Assembly: GCA_016124425.1 (NCBI GenBank)
Contig: WGNT01000054.1
Coordinates: 23-64,022 of the forward strand
Source: Cytophagales bacterium
GTDB lineage: Bacteria; Bacteroidota; Bacteroidia; Cytophagales; Cyclobacteriaceae
Length of the DNA stretch: 64,000 nucleotides
Reading direction: 5' to 3'
Made by a program: the position numbers and the translations under genes. The notes under the pieces are model-generated. The model searched no databases, had not been told where the DNA came from, and saw nothing but the letters and a program-made list of their open reading frames with translations. Shown piece after piece: positions 37,854 to 48,000 of this stretch (its first letter is position 1; every line of letters begins with the position of its first letter).

Positions 37854-40800
37854 TTAAAAGGTAGCTCTTAAATTAAATCCATAGGTTCTTGTCTGGGGCA
37901 TACCAAAGTAATCCAAGCCCTGACCGTTGCCTGAGGAGTAGGCGGATTCAGGATCCACGTTTTCGATATTTTTCCATAAGATGGAAAGATTTCTTCCGAC
38001 GAATGACAATCCAAGCGTGTTGAATGGTGTCTTTTCTGTGATCCTTCTTGGGAAGTTATACCCAAGCGTCACTTGCCTCAATTTAGCAAAGGAGCCGTCA
38101 TAGATAAAATGATCCTGCACCCGATCGCCCAATCGCTGCCAGTGGTTCACTGCCTCACCAGGAGTCAATGTTTTGGTGAAAGGTTCATATACCGGTTGTC
38201 CATTGGAGGTTCCTGTTTGAACCACTCCCGTTACTGTAAGTGGTTCTTCGCCTACCCTACCGGCAAGAGATTGCTTATGAAGGCCCCACTGTGTCAATCG
38301 TACGTTTGTACCCGAGTAGATATCGCCACCAATTCGGAAATCGACAAGCGCGGAAAGGTTGAATCCTTTGAAGGTAATGCTGTTATTGATACCACCGGTG
38401 AAATCCGCAATACCGTTTCCAATCACCTCCATACGGTCAGATTGTACAGGTGCTCCGTTTGGTTCAAAAATGGGCTGACCATCAGGCGTTCTCTTTTGAA
38501 CCCAACCTGCCAATACACCGAAAGGCTGATCAACGCGGTGCTGAACAAATACCGTACGTGTCCTTGGCTCCTCCACGTTCAATATCTCAGTACCTTCAAT
38601 CAACGAAAGAACTCGGTTTCTATTTCTCGCAATATTAAAGGACACATCCCAAGTCACTTTGGAGTTTTGAATCGGGGTACCTGTCAGCAACACTTCTATA
38701 CCACGGTTCTGCATTTCACCCAAGTTCACCAAAGTTGATCCGAAGCCAGAGGTCCTTGAGATCTGCGCATTCAATTGGTCCTCCGTACTTAACTGGGCAT
38801 AATAGGTAAAGTCTAATCCCAACCTGTTCTGCAGGAACCTCACATCAAACCCGACTTCGGTTTCGGTGGAGATAAGCGGTATCAAGAAAGGATTTGGAAT
38901 GGTACCGGCATTTCCTTGTGCGGTAGCAAAGGAAGCCATCGGTACATTCTGTCCCGCAAAATTCACTGCCGGAGCACCAAGCAAGGAATAGACGTTTAGG
39001 GTCTGATACGGACCCACGGTAGAGTTTCCAACCCTAGCCCAAGAAGCCCTTACTTTGCCAAAACTCAACCAGTTCGGTAATTCCGACAAAGCATCGGAGA
39101 ATACAAAGGAACTACCAATTGACGGGTACAATACGCTATTGGAAGCCGGGTTTAATGTAGAGAACCAGTCCTGACGGGCTGTAGCCGTGATGAACAAGAA
39201 GTTGTTGTAGCTAAATTCAGCCGAGCCAAATACGGAGTTGATGCCCCATTCTGAAAACCCATAACCATAGTTTCTGACCACTGCATTGTTGATGGCATGA
39301 AAGAAGGGTACATTGAAGCGCTGTCCGTTTGCGGAGATAGTCTCATCTTTTCTTCTCATCCAGTTGGATCCTACAAAGGCATTGATTCCTATTTTTCCAA
39401 AGGTTTGGTTGTAGGCAAGCATTCCTTCAAGGTTAATTTCGCTTACGGTACGGTTACCTTCTGAAATGTTTCCACCTCGGTCATAGCCGGTACCTTGGGG
39501 GGTAAGGCTGGAGAATCTCCTAACGAACCAGTCCATACCTGCCCTTCCTGAGATATACAGATGATCTGTAATGTTATACTTTAGGGAGCCTGATGTGATT
39601 ATCCTGTCACGAATATCATTTACAGATAGCTGATGAGTTGAGAAATAGGGATTCTGACCCCATGGGTTGTTTGTCATCAGGTATTCTTCACGCTCAGCAA
39701 AACCCCATGTTGCCAACAAGGCAGGATCTGTTCCCACAGGAATCGTCCCTAATCGGTTTGGATCTCCCATACCCCATTCCACGTTTACGTTTGGCGGCAA
39801 TGCGAAAATAGACTGGAATGCGTTACCCGGCGAGTCAGAAAGTCGCGGTCTATTTTTAGTATTTTCGTTGGAATACAGGACTTTGGCATCAAAGGTCAGT
39901 CGCTTTCCGAATTTTCCGTTTGTAGCCAAGGACATGTTTATCCTATCAAAACCGGCGTTCGGTACTACGGAAGTACTTCTAAGGTCGGTTACGTTGAATC
40001 GAAACGTTTGGGTTTCACTTCCACCAGCAAGCGAGAGGCTGTTTGTAAAAGCATGTCCGGTTTCATAAAATCGGCTCCAATTGTCCCCAGCGTGTACATA
40101 AGGGCGCTGAACACCATCAAAGTACATAGCTGTACCAGACCCCAGTCGCTCTCCCCAAGCTTGCGTACCCCAATCATATGCCTGCCTGACCGTGGTTGGT
40201 CGCACAGATGCACCTGTTACTTGGTCGCCTTGAAATCTTCCCGACCCGAAGGTGGTCTGTAAGTCAGTTTGATTGTTGATTTGTTCAAAGACCGCGTTAG
40301 AATTGAATTCCACGCCGATTCCTTTACGTGAGGTTCCTTTTTTAGTAGTAATCAAAATAACACCGTTTGAGGCGCGTGAACCATACAACGCAGCAGCACT
40401 GGCACCTTTCAATACGGTCATGGACTCAATGTCATCTGGGTTCACACTGGTCATACCATCACCACCATCAGAACCACCCCAAACACCCGCTTGTCCAAAC
40501 TGTGTGTTGTCAATAGGCAATCCATCTACCACGTATAAGGGCTGGTTATTCCCCTGAAGGGAGGTATTTCCCCGAATAATTACCCTAGATGATCCCGCTG
40601 GTCCAGAAGCGACGTTGGTTACGTTTACCCCTGCGACCCTACCCGCAAGCTGATTGGCGATATTGTTCTCCCTTGCTTGGGTAAACTCTTCGCCTCCAAC
40701 TTGGGTGATGGAATACTGGAGCGCTTTAACATTTCTTTCGATACCTAAGGCCGTAACAACAACCTCGGAAAGTTCCGACGCGTCCTCCTTCATTACTAGA

Positions 40801-41075
40801 TTTATGGTAGTTCGGTTACCTACCGTCTGCTCTTGGGTTTCGAATCCTAGATAGGAAAAGACAAGGACAGTTTCAGCGCCTGGCACATTCAAACTGTATC
40901 GCCCATCTACATCGGTGGCTGTACCGGTAGATGTTCCTTTGATCAATACCGTAACGCCGGGAAGCGGCGCATCATCGGCTTGGTCGGTTACGCGACCGGA
41001 AACGGTTTGCGCCATTACTGCCGACCCAAAGGCGGTCAATAAGGACAAACCCAGTAAGAGTAATACGTTCTTCAT
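37854..41075 (-). CDS. SusC/RagA TonB-dependent transporter
   Basis: EVVVTALG, PLYVVDG, DIES..VLKG..AAALYGSRA.NGVI.ITTK and terminal Phe. Confidence 0.97.
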   Translation of the reverse strand: MKNVLLLLGLSLLTAFGSAVMAQTVSGRVTDQADDAPLPGVTVLIKGTSTGTATDVDGRYSLNVPGAETVLVFSYLGFETQEQTVGNRTTINLVMKEDASELSEVVVTALGIERNVKALQYSITQVGGEEFTQARENNIANQLAGRVAGVNVTNVASGPAGSSRVIIRGNTSLQGNNQPLYVVDGLPIDNTQFGQAGVWGGSDGGDGMTSVNPDDIESMTVLKGASAAALYGSRASNGVILITTKKGTSRKGIGVEFNSNAVFEQINNQTDLQTTFGSGRFQGDQVTGASVRPTTVRQAYDWGTQAWGERLGSGTAMYFDGVQRPYVHAGDNWSRFYETGHAFTNSLSLAGGSETQTFRFNVTDLRSTSVVPNAGFDRINMSLATNGKFGKRLTFDAKVLYSNENTKNRPRLSDSPGNAFQSIFALPPNVNVEWGMGDPNRLGTIPVGTDPALLATWGFAEREEYLMTNNPWGQNPYFSTHQLSVNDIRDRIITSGSLKYNITDHLYISGRAGMDWFVRRFSSLTPQGTGYDRGGNISEGNRTVSEINLEGMLAYNQTFGKIGINAFVGSNWMRRKDETISANGQRFNVPFFHAINNAVVRNYGYGFSEWGINSVFGSAEFSYNNFLFITATARQDWFSTLNPASNSVLYPSIGSSFVFSDALSELPNWLSFGKVRASWARVGNSTVGPYQTLNVYSLLGAPAVNFAGQNVPMASFATAQGNAGTIPNPFLIPLISTETEVGFDVRFLQNRLGLDFTYYAQLSTEDQLNAQISRTSGFGSTLVNLGEMQNRGIEVLLTGTPIQNSKVTWDVSFNIARNRNRVLSLIEGTEILNVEEPRTRTVFVQHRVDQPFGVLAGWVQKRTPDGQPIFEPNGAPVQSDRMEVIGNGIADFTGGINNSITFKGFNLSALVDFRIGGDIYSGTNVRLTQWGLHKQSLAGRVGEEPLTVTGVVQTGTSNGQPVYEPFTKTLTPGEAVNHWQRLGDRVQDHFIYDGSFAKLRQVTLGYNFPRRITEKTPFNTLGLSFVGRNLSILWKNIENVDPESAYSSGNGQGLDYFGMPQTRTYGFNLRATF

Positions 41076-41577
41076 AATAATTATTTTGGATAGAAAATTT
41101 GACTCACCATATATTCATCTGCACCATGCAGTCTATAAGGTCATATTTATTTAAGTGGTATTCCAAACTAAAACCAACGCCAATTTCCTGTATGAAATAG
41201 ACGGTGCCTCATTATGTCCTATTGAAAAAGGCAGAATATTATTTGGAACATTATCATGTGTGTTGTTATTTTATTAAAACACCACCGAAAGGTAGAATTT
41301 AATCAAACAAAAACAAAGTGCTTTTTGGATTTTTTTTTAACAAAAACTAAAAAATGTTTTACATAAACGGGCTAAGGAGGCAGGATCTCCCCAAAATATT
41401 TCTTGTGTATTTTTTATGTTCGAAATAAATAGATTTCAATGATCTAAACAGAATTTTACTTGAATATTTATAAAAAAAAGCATGAATTTCAGTTGTGGAT
41501 TTTCAAACGCTTTTAGCATTGGAAGTCCATGGTCGAAAAACTGAATGTCACTATTTCAAATCTGGTGTCTCCGGGAT

Positions 41578-42183
41578 TTATAGCGGGAACCTAATAGCCA
41601 TTCCCAATCCATTTAGGGAAACATGCTCAAGAATTTTAGGCAGTTCGGTGGCATGGTCCCGCATTACAAGGTACATCATGACGTCAAATCCAAACAAAAA
41701 TGCCCCCTGCAATATTACCGATCTTCCAAATCCCTGCCATTGTTCCCTTCCCAACCGTTTCCCCCGCTCATTGAGAAATAGGCCAGAAGCAATGTACCCA
41801 ATATCTAGCCCTGCGTTTAAAAGAAGAATTTTCTCCATGCCATGTTGGGCCTCGATGGTCTGCCAAAAATCTGTCCCAGGTACCTCATTGAATGCGTGGT
41901 AATAACCAAAGCCTGCAATAATAAGGTTTACACCGTTCCAGTACATGTTCATTTGGTGAAACCCTTTAGAAACACCCTCTGATCTCCCAGATCCAATGCC
42001 GCCCCAAACGATATTGCCTACCGACCATGTGGCCAATAACATCATTCCCTTCTTTTCCAATGCTATTCTATCTTTATTATAATCACTCAGCGCCTCATTT
42101 GTCTGGGCCTGGGAGACAGTGGCAAACACAAGACAAAGGAAAAAGGTAAGCAAGAATTGTATAGGAATACGTGTCAATTTCAT
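41578..42183 (-). CDS. Hypothetical membrane protein
   Basis: Signal peptide and several hydrophobic segments (FHQMN..WN.VN, LLLNAGLD..Y, QG.FL..FD); 4-bp overlap with the LysE gene. Confidence 0.75.
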   Translation of the reverse strand: MKLTRIPIQFLLTFFLCLVFATVSQAQTNEALSDYNKDRIALEKKGMMLLATWSVGNIVWGGIGSGRSEGVSKGFHQMNMYWNGVNLIIAGFGYYHAFNEVPGTDFWQTIEAQHGMEKILLLNAGLDIGYIASGLFLNERGKRLGREQWQGFGRSVILQGAFLFGFDVMMYLVMRDHATELPKILEHVSLNGLGMAIRFPL

Positions 42184-42812
42184 AAAAGATCGATTTTTAG
42201 TGCCCGATAAACAAGCCGGAGACCGTATACCATTAACACCAATCCAACCATTCTGTTTAATTTTTGCAACAGATTAGGGGTGATGAAAACGCTTAAGAAG
42301 GTTGCCGCATAGGCTTTAAGTACGTCAAACGAAAATACCGTCGCGAGCAGAGCTGAATAATAAAGCCATCTATCGTATTCGGAAAAATCCCGCCGCCCAT
42401 TCAGAAGGCCGGCAAGCGAGATCCAAAACAAAAGCACAAAGGGATTGATGCCGTTAAGGCCCAACCCTTTAAAAAACCCTTTTCTTTTCGATATTGAGGT
42501 ACTAACAATCCCACCGGAATTAGGTCGCTGTTGGTTTCCTTTGATGAAGGAGATTACTCCGAACACCATTAACACCAATCCTCCACCTAGTCCCAGCACC
42601 GACTCGAATACCAGAGTAGAAGCTAGCCATGCAGAACCGAAGTGAGCAAGTAACACATAGCAGGTGTCGCTGATTAAAATACCAGCAGCCATAAAAGTAG
42701 CCTGCCGAAACCCGTGCGCAATGCTGTGTTGGATAAGTGCAAAGAAAACCGGCCCAATCATCACCGAAAGCAGCAAGCCCATTGCAATTCCCTCCAAGAA
42801 TGGCAGCTTCAC
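42180..42812 (-). CDS. LysE-family translocator
   Basis: IGPVFF..I..SI..GF......AG...SD and N..NP....FW motifs; about six TM segments. Confidence 0.9.
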   Translation of the reverse strand: MKLPFLEGIAMGLLLSVMIGPVFFALIQHSIAHGFRQATFMAAGILISDTCYVLLAHFGSAWLASTLVFESVLGLGGGLVLMVFGVISFIKGNQQRPNSGGIVSTSISKRKGFFKGLGLNGINPFVLLFWISLAGLLNGRRDFSEYDRWLYYSALLATVFSFDVLKAYAATFLSVFITPNLLQKLNRMVGLVLMVYGLRLVYRALKIDLL

Positions 42813-44359
42813 GCCAAATACCGGTTTTGTTCCAAGTAGTCACGCCATGAATCAGCTTTGGGCCCTTTGAGGACGCGAGGAAACTTATTTTGCCCTCCTT
42901 CCTTTCCCTCAGATCTCATCCAGTCATAAAATACCTTACTAGAAATCATTTTGGCCGAAATTTCTTTCAACGCATGGTTTCTTTCCGTAGCATAGTCGTC
43001 ATTGAGTTCCTTAAGCGCTCGATCCAAAAACGCTGTAACTTCCTCTTCGATAACGGTGTCGTCGGTGCCGATATACCAGTTGTGAGCAAACAGAGTCCCG
43101 TGGGGAACCCCAAGTACAGTGAATTCGCTTATACTGATATCAAACGCTTCTTCTACTGCCTGAATCGCCTTGTTCATGTTGTCAACGGAAAGGTGTTCTC
43201 CGCATAGACTCAAAAAGTGCTTTGTTCTACCGGTAATCACAATCTCGCTTTCCTCCTTAGACACAAATCGAACAACGTCTCCGATCAAATAGCGCCAGGC
43301 TCCTGCACATGTGCTTATTAATAAGGCATAGTCCACTCCTTCCTCCACCTCATTGATGGAAATTGCGGTGCACGAATCCTTCATTTCACCATTTTCATCA
43401 AAATTCTCCCTATCAAAGGGCATGAATTCATAGAAAATGCCGTGGGCCAAAACCAGGCGCATAGCTTTTTTTCCGGGGCCAGCCTGATAGGCCATAAACC
43501 CTTCACTTGCAAGATAGGTCTCAATATATATTAGGGGATGTTTGAGGAGTTTTTCAAATCCCTTTTTATAAGGTTCAAAAAATACACCCCCATGGACAAA
43601 AATGGTTAGGTTGGGCCACATGTCGTGTATATGGTTAAGCTGGTACCGTTCTATAATTTTTTCCATCAAAATCTGTAACCAAGCAGGGACGCCAACGATG
43701 ATTCCAATATCCCATTTAGGAGCGTTTTCAACAATCTGATCAAGTTTCTCTCCCCAGTTTCGGTTTCTCGCAATAGAAAAACCTGGCTTGTAAAACCGCT
43801 GAAACCAAATAGGAAGACGCTTAGCGGTAATCCCACTAAGGTCCCCTGAGAAATAGGTACCGTTAAAGTCTAGGTCGGTACTTCCTCCCAACATAAGAAT
43901 TCCCTTATTAAAAATGGCGTCTGGAAGATCATATTTGGATAATGTAAGGATCTGCCTGACGCCAGTCTTACGAATAGCCTTTACCATTCGTTTCGTCACC
44001 GGAATGTACTTGGAGGGGCCACCAGAAGTACCGGAGCTTAATGCAAAATACCTCACCTTACCCGGCCAAGTTACGTTGGGCACTCCTTCTCGTAGCAAAT
44101 GCCACCATGACATATACATTTTCTCGTAGTCGTGTATCGGAATGTGTTGTTTATAAAGCTGATAATAATCCTGACCGGGCTTTTTAAATTCCGTCAAAAT
44201 TTGCTTAAAGGCATATTTTTTCCCGAATGCAGTTTTTGAAGCAAAGATGAGAAGCTTTTTCAGTTCGTTTTTCTGAAGCGCCTCCGGGGATCCATATTCC
44301 TGCTCTAAAGATTCCCGTAATCGAATACCTTTTTTTAGTAATGTACCTAATATAGCCAT
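42809..44359 (-). CDS. GH3 (auxin-responsive-like) acyl-acid amido synthetase family protein
   Basis: FALSSGTS....KYIP, GDLSGI, GVPAW, ETY.ASEG, G.WRY.IGD.V.F and GGQNKFPRV motifs. Confidence 0.93.
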   Translation of the reverse strand: MAILGTLLKKGIRLRESLEQEYGSPEALQKNELKKLLIFASKTAFGKKYAFKQILTEFKKPGQDYYQLYKQHIPIHDYEKMYMSWWHLLREGVPNVTWPGKVRYFALSSGTSGGPSKYIPVTKRMVKAIRKTGVRQILTLSKYDLPDAIFNKGILMLGGSTDLDFNGTYFSGDLSGITAKRLPIWFQRFYKPGFSIARNRNWGEKLDQIVENAPKWDIGIIVGVPAWLQILMEKIIERYQLNHIHDMWPNLTIFVHGGVFFEPYKKGFEKLLKHPLIYIETYLASEGFMAYQAGPGKKAMRLVLAHGIFYEFMPFDRENFDENGEMKDSCTAISINEVEEGVDYALLISTCAGAWRYLIGDVVRFVSKEESEIVITGRTKHFLSLCGEHLSVDNMNKAIQAVEEAFDISISEFTVLGVPHGTLFAHNWYIGTDDTVIEEEVTAFLDRALKELNDDYATERNHALKEISAKMISSKVFYDWMRSEGKEGGQNKFPRVLKGPKADSWRDYLEQNRYLA

Positions 44360-44427
44360 ATCTTTGTCTTAGAGAGAAAAAATAGTCGGTTGAGCTTACA
44401 ATCTAACTGTAAAAATACAATAAAATA

Positions 44428-45102
44428 ATGGGGGTAAAAGAAAATCTGGACCATATAAAAAGTACATTTTCTTCAGCATCCTGTCTATTGATCGCTGTAA
44501 GTAAAACCAAACCTGTTTCCGCCATTCAAGAAGCCTACGAGGCGGGAATTCGGGATTTTGGCGAGAACAAAGTACAGGAAATGGCAGAAAAAGCCCCACA
44601 ACTCCCTCAAGATATACGCTGGCATATGATCGGTCACCTACAGCGTAACAAGGTTAAATTCATCGCGTCTTTTGTTCATTTAATACACGGAGTTGATTCT
44701 CTCCGGCTGCTGGAACAGATCAACAAAGAAGGGAAAAAGGTCGGTAGGGTCATTTCCTGTCTGCTACAAATCCATATAGCCAAAGAAGAAAGCAAGTTTG
44801 GCCTCGACGAACAGGAGCTAGAAGAAATTCTCTTTGGTAATGATGTCAGGCAAATGGAACACATTCGTATAGTAGGTTTGATGGGAATGGCAACTAATAC
44901 CGCGGATACATCTGTGGTTCAAAATGAATTTTCGTACCTCCGTGCACTGCTAGAAAAATATTCACGCGAAAACCTACCCCCTCAGATAGCGTTGAAGGAA
45001 CTGAGTATGGGGATGAGCGGGGATTACAAGATCGCTCAAGAAGAGGGCAGCACCATGGTACGGATTGGAAGTGCCATTTTTGGCGAGAGAAATACGAAAT
45101 AA
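44428..45102 (+). CDS. yggS: PLP homeostasis protein YggS
   Basis: AVSKTKP, FGENKVQE, WHMIGHLQ.NK, LSMGMSGDY and VRIGSAIFG motifs. Confidence 0.96.
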   Translation: MGVKENLDHIKSTFSSASCLLIAVSKTKPVSAIQEAYEAGIRDFGENKVQEMAEKAPQLPQDIRWHMIGHLQRNKVKFIASFVHLIHGVDSLRLLEQINKEGKKVGRVISCLLQIHIAKEESKFGLDEQELEEILFGNDVRQMEHIRIVGLMGMATNTADTSVVQNEFSYLRALLEKYSRENLPPQIALKELSMGMSGDYKIAQEEGSTMVRIGSAIFGERNTK

Positions 45103-45103
45103 A

Positions 45104-45496
45104 ATGAAACCAAAACACATCATACAAAGCGCAGCAGTATTCGGGGCGCTTGCTGTTTCGCTTGGAGCTTTTGGGGCACATGGCCTTGCGGCAGTTTTAG
45201 CCTCAACCGGGAAAGCAGCAACCTACGAGACGGCAGTTAGCTACCATTTCTATCACAGCTTAGGCCTCCTATTGCTTGGCGTGATGGCTGTGCAATTTCC
45301 GAGTATTAAAGCATTTAGCCAAGCGGCTTGGTTTTTCATTGTCGGCATCCTAATTTTCTCAGGCACATTATATACCTTATCACTTACTGGTATAGCCATC
45401 CTTGGTGCAATCACGCCACTAGGGGGAGTAGCCTTTATTTTAGGGTGGATATGGTTGTTTTTGGGTGCGTCGAAAATCACCATTCGCCGCAATTAA
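45104..45496 (+). CDS. DUF423 (YgdD/TMEM256) membrane protein
   Basis: LGAFGAHGL, TAV.YH..H, FSG.LY and GAITP.GG motifs. Confidence 0.92.
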   Translation: MKPKHIIQSAAVFGALAVSLGAFGAHGLAAVLASTGKAATYETAVSYHFYHSLGLLLLGVMAVQFPSIKAFSQAAWFFIVGILIFSGTLYTLSLTGIAILGAITPLGGVAFILGWIWLFLGASKITIRRN

Positions 45497-45513
45497 TTTC
45501 TTAATTCTTGTTT

Positions 45514-46803
45514 ATGCATAAAATTCCAGGTCTGGTTTTTTTCATACTTTTATTTCATACGTTCACAACCTATTCACAGGATGTTCGGTCCAGGTATGAG
45601 GGCTTGGAAAAACTCATCGGTGCTGGCTCATTTTTTGACAACCACCACACCGGTTTTTATCTTTATGATTTAGATAGCCAACAGGTGCAGTTTGACAAAA
45701 ACAGTCATCTTTACTTCATTCCCGCCTCCGCAACCAAATTGCTGACTTTTTTCGCCTCCCTTCTGGTCCTTGGAGATAGTAGCACGCTGCTCCGCTATAT
45801 TCCAAAGGGAGAAGACGTACTTATCTGGGGAACAGGTGACCCCTCTTTATATTATCCTGAACTTCCCACACCAAAAATCGACCGGTTCCTGAGTACGTAC
45901 CGGGATATCTATTTTTCGGATCATAACTGGAAAGACGAAGCCTTTGGGTTCGGCTGGCAGTGGGATGATTACAATTTCGCCTACTCAGCAGAAAAATCAC
46001 CCCTGCCTATCTACGGGAATCTCGTTACCTCGCTTAATGTAAATAACCGGCCTCACTTAAAGCCAGCCCTATTTCCAGTCACCCAAAGCGACAAAAACGT
46101 CAGGAACCTTACTCGAGAGCTTCATTCCAATGAATTCTACTATAACCCCAGGACCTACAACGGTATGCGGGCACGGGTGCCTTTCATCACGTCACAAAAC
46201 ACCTTTATTACTTTAGCGGCGTTGGAGTGGAAAAAAGCGATACACGCATCCAAAGAAGCCCTCCCAACAGATCATTTTGTCCTAAGGGGCGTACCAACGC
46301 GCTTACTCTACAAAGAAATGCTTTTGGAAAGTGATAATTTCATCGCCGAGCAACTCCTTTTACAAATTTCGGATGAGGTATTTAAAGAGCTTAACACGGA
46401 GAAAGCGATCGAATATATTAAAAAGACCTACCTTTTTGACCTGCCAGATGAGCCATTCTGGGTAGATGGCTCGGGATTGTCCCGGCACAATCTGATGACA
46501 CCGCGGTCCATGGTATCTTTGGTCGAAAAAATCTACAGAATTATGCCCGATGAAGACCTGATGGACCTCTTTCCTGTGGGAGGCCGTACCGGAACCTTAA
46601 AATCCAACTATTACGCGCCTATACCTTATGTCATCGCAAAAACAGGGACAATTAGCAACAATCACAGCTTGGTGGGCTTTATCAAAACCCGAAAACAAAA
46701 AATGTACGCTTTTGCGCTTATGAACAACAACTATCCCTACAAGGCAAGTGTCGTCAGAAGAGAAATAGAGAAAGTGCTATTGTATGTCCGCGATAATTTT
46801 TAA
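45514..46803 (+). CDS. dacB: D-alanyl-D-alanine carboxypeptidase/endopeptidase (peptidase S13, PBP4)
   Basis: PASATK (SxxK), SDN, DGSGLSR and AKTGT motifs. Confidence 0.9.
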   Translation: MHKIPGLVFFILLFHTFTTYSQDVRSRYEGLEKLIGAGSFFDNHHTGFYLYDLDSQQVQFDKNSHLYFIPASATKLLTFFASLLVLGDSSTLLRYIPKGEDVLIWGTGDPSLYYPELPTPKIDRFLSTYRDIYFSDHNWKDEAFGFGWQWDDYNFAYSAEKSPLPIYGNLVTSLNVNNRPHLKPALFPVTQSDKNVRNLTRELHSNEFYYNPRTYNGMRARVPFITSQNTFITLAALEWKKAIHASKEALPTDHFVLRGVPTRLLYKEMLLESDNFIAEQLLLQISDEVFKELNTEKAIEYIKKTYLFDLPDEPFWVDGSGLSRHNLMTPRSMVSLVEKIYRIMPDEDLMDLFPVGGRTGTLKSNYYAPIPYVIAKTGTISNNHSLVGFIKTRKQKMYAFALMNNNYPYKASVVRREIEKVLLYVRDNF

Positions 46804-46870
46804 TTTCGGCAACCCTATATGCGTACGCCATGCCCGTCTAGGTAACCATTAACCTACCACCAACAAAACC

Positions 46871-47911
46871 ATGCAAAAACGGAAGTTTCTACAATTAATT
46901 GGCAGCAGTGCCGCATTGCTCCCGCTGCTAGGGATGAATCCTCAAGAACGAGAACGTACTTCTGCCAAACTACTCCCCAATGCCATTAAGGCTGGCGATG
47001 TCGTTGGTTTAATCAGCCCTTCAGCCGCCACCTCCGAGCGCATACAGCTGCAGTTTGCTATAGAAGCCTTGGAGGCACTTGGATTCAGGGTAAAGCAAGG
47101 AGATAACTTAGCCAACCGAAGAGGCCATCTCGCAGGAACGGACCAAGAGCGTGCAAGCGACCTTAATGCGATGTTTGCTGACCCTGAGGTGAAAGCCGTC
47201 ATTTGTATACGGGGCGGTTCCGGTGCAGCGCGCATCCTACCCCTGATTGATTATGACCTTATCCGCAAAAATCCCAAGCCCCTCTTAGGATATAGCGATA
47301 TTACCGCGCTACACCATGCAATCTATGCCAAAACCGGACTGATTACTTTTCATGGCCCGAACGGCACCGGCAGCTGGAACAGCTTTAATGTGACACAATT
47401 CAATAAGCTGTTTTTTGAAAGAGAGCAAATCCTTTACGAAAACGAGCGCGTGGAGGAAGACGACTTGGTGATAAAGAAAAACCGCATTCAGACGATCTAT
47501 CCCGGCACGGCAAGCGGGGAATTATTCGGAGGAAACCTGACTGTACTTACGGCACTTGCCGGTTCTCCCTACATTGCTGACTTCACAGACAAGATATTGT
47601 TTCTCGAAGACATTGGTGAGGAACCCTACCGAATCGATCGCATGATGAGCACCTTAATGCTTATGGGTGCGCTGGATAAGATAAAGGGCTTTGTATTTGG
47701 CCAATGTACAGATTGTGATCCCTCATCAGGATATGGTAACCTTACACTAGATCAGATTTTCGATGATTACATTCTGCCACTGAAAATCCCAGCCTATCGT
47801 GGCGCAATGATAGGACACATTCCGCGACAATTTATCTTGCCCATGGGGGCACAGGTAACGTTGGATGCGGACCAAGGGACAATACAGTTGGAAGAAAGGG
47901 TTTTTCACTAA
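46871..47911 (+). CDS. LD-carboxypeptidase (peptidase S66) with Tat-like signal
   Basis: RGGSG, GYSDITAL, GGNL, LFLED..E.PYRIDRM and IGH motifs. Confidence 0.93.
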   Translation: MQKRKFLQLIGSSAALLPLLGMNPQERERTSAKLLPNAIKAGDVVGLISPSAATSERIQLQFAIEALEALGFRVKQGDNLANRRGHLAGTDQERASDLNAMFADPEVKAVICIRGGSGAARILPLIDYDLIRKNPKPLLGYSDITALHHAIYAKTGLITFHGPNGTGSWNSFNVTQFNKLFFEREQILYENERVEEDDLVIKKNRIQTIYPGTASGELFGGNLTVLTALAGSPYIADFTDKILFLEDIGEEPYRIDRMMSTLMLMGALDKIKGFVFGQCTDCDPSSGYGNLTLDQIFDDYILPLKIPAYRGAMIGHIPRQFILPMGAQVTLDADQGTIQLEERVFH

Positions 47912-48000
47912 AACAAGGGTACCGGAAAGCGATGAGGCTGCTATATCTCTAAATAAATGCCACGCCCAAACCTTCTTATCCGTTTCATGGTTAATCACCC

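Noticed and set aside
38073-38738. 221-aa antisense ORF inside susC, and the many other short shadow ORFs in the track
   Set aside because: They lie within well-supported genes and have no protein-like motifs.
41076-41577. Long AT-rich region upstream of susC as a riboswitch or invertible promoter
   Set aside because: No recognisable aptamer consensus or flanking inverted repeats by eye; an Rfam scan would be needed to exclude it fully.
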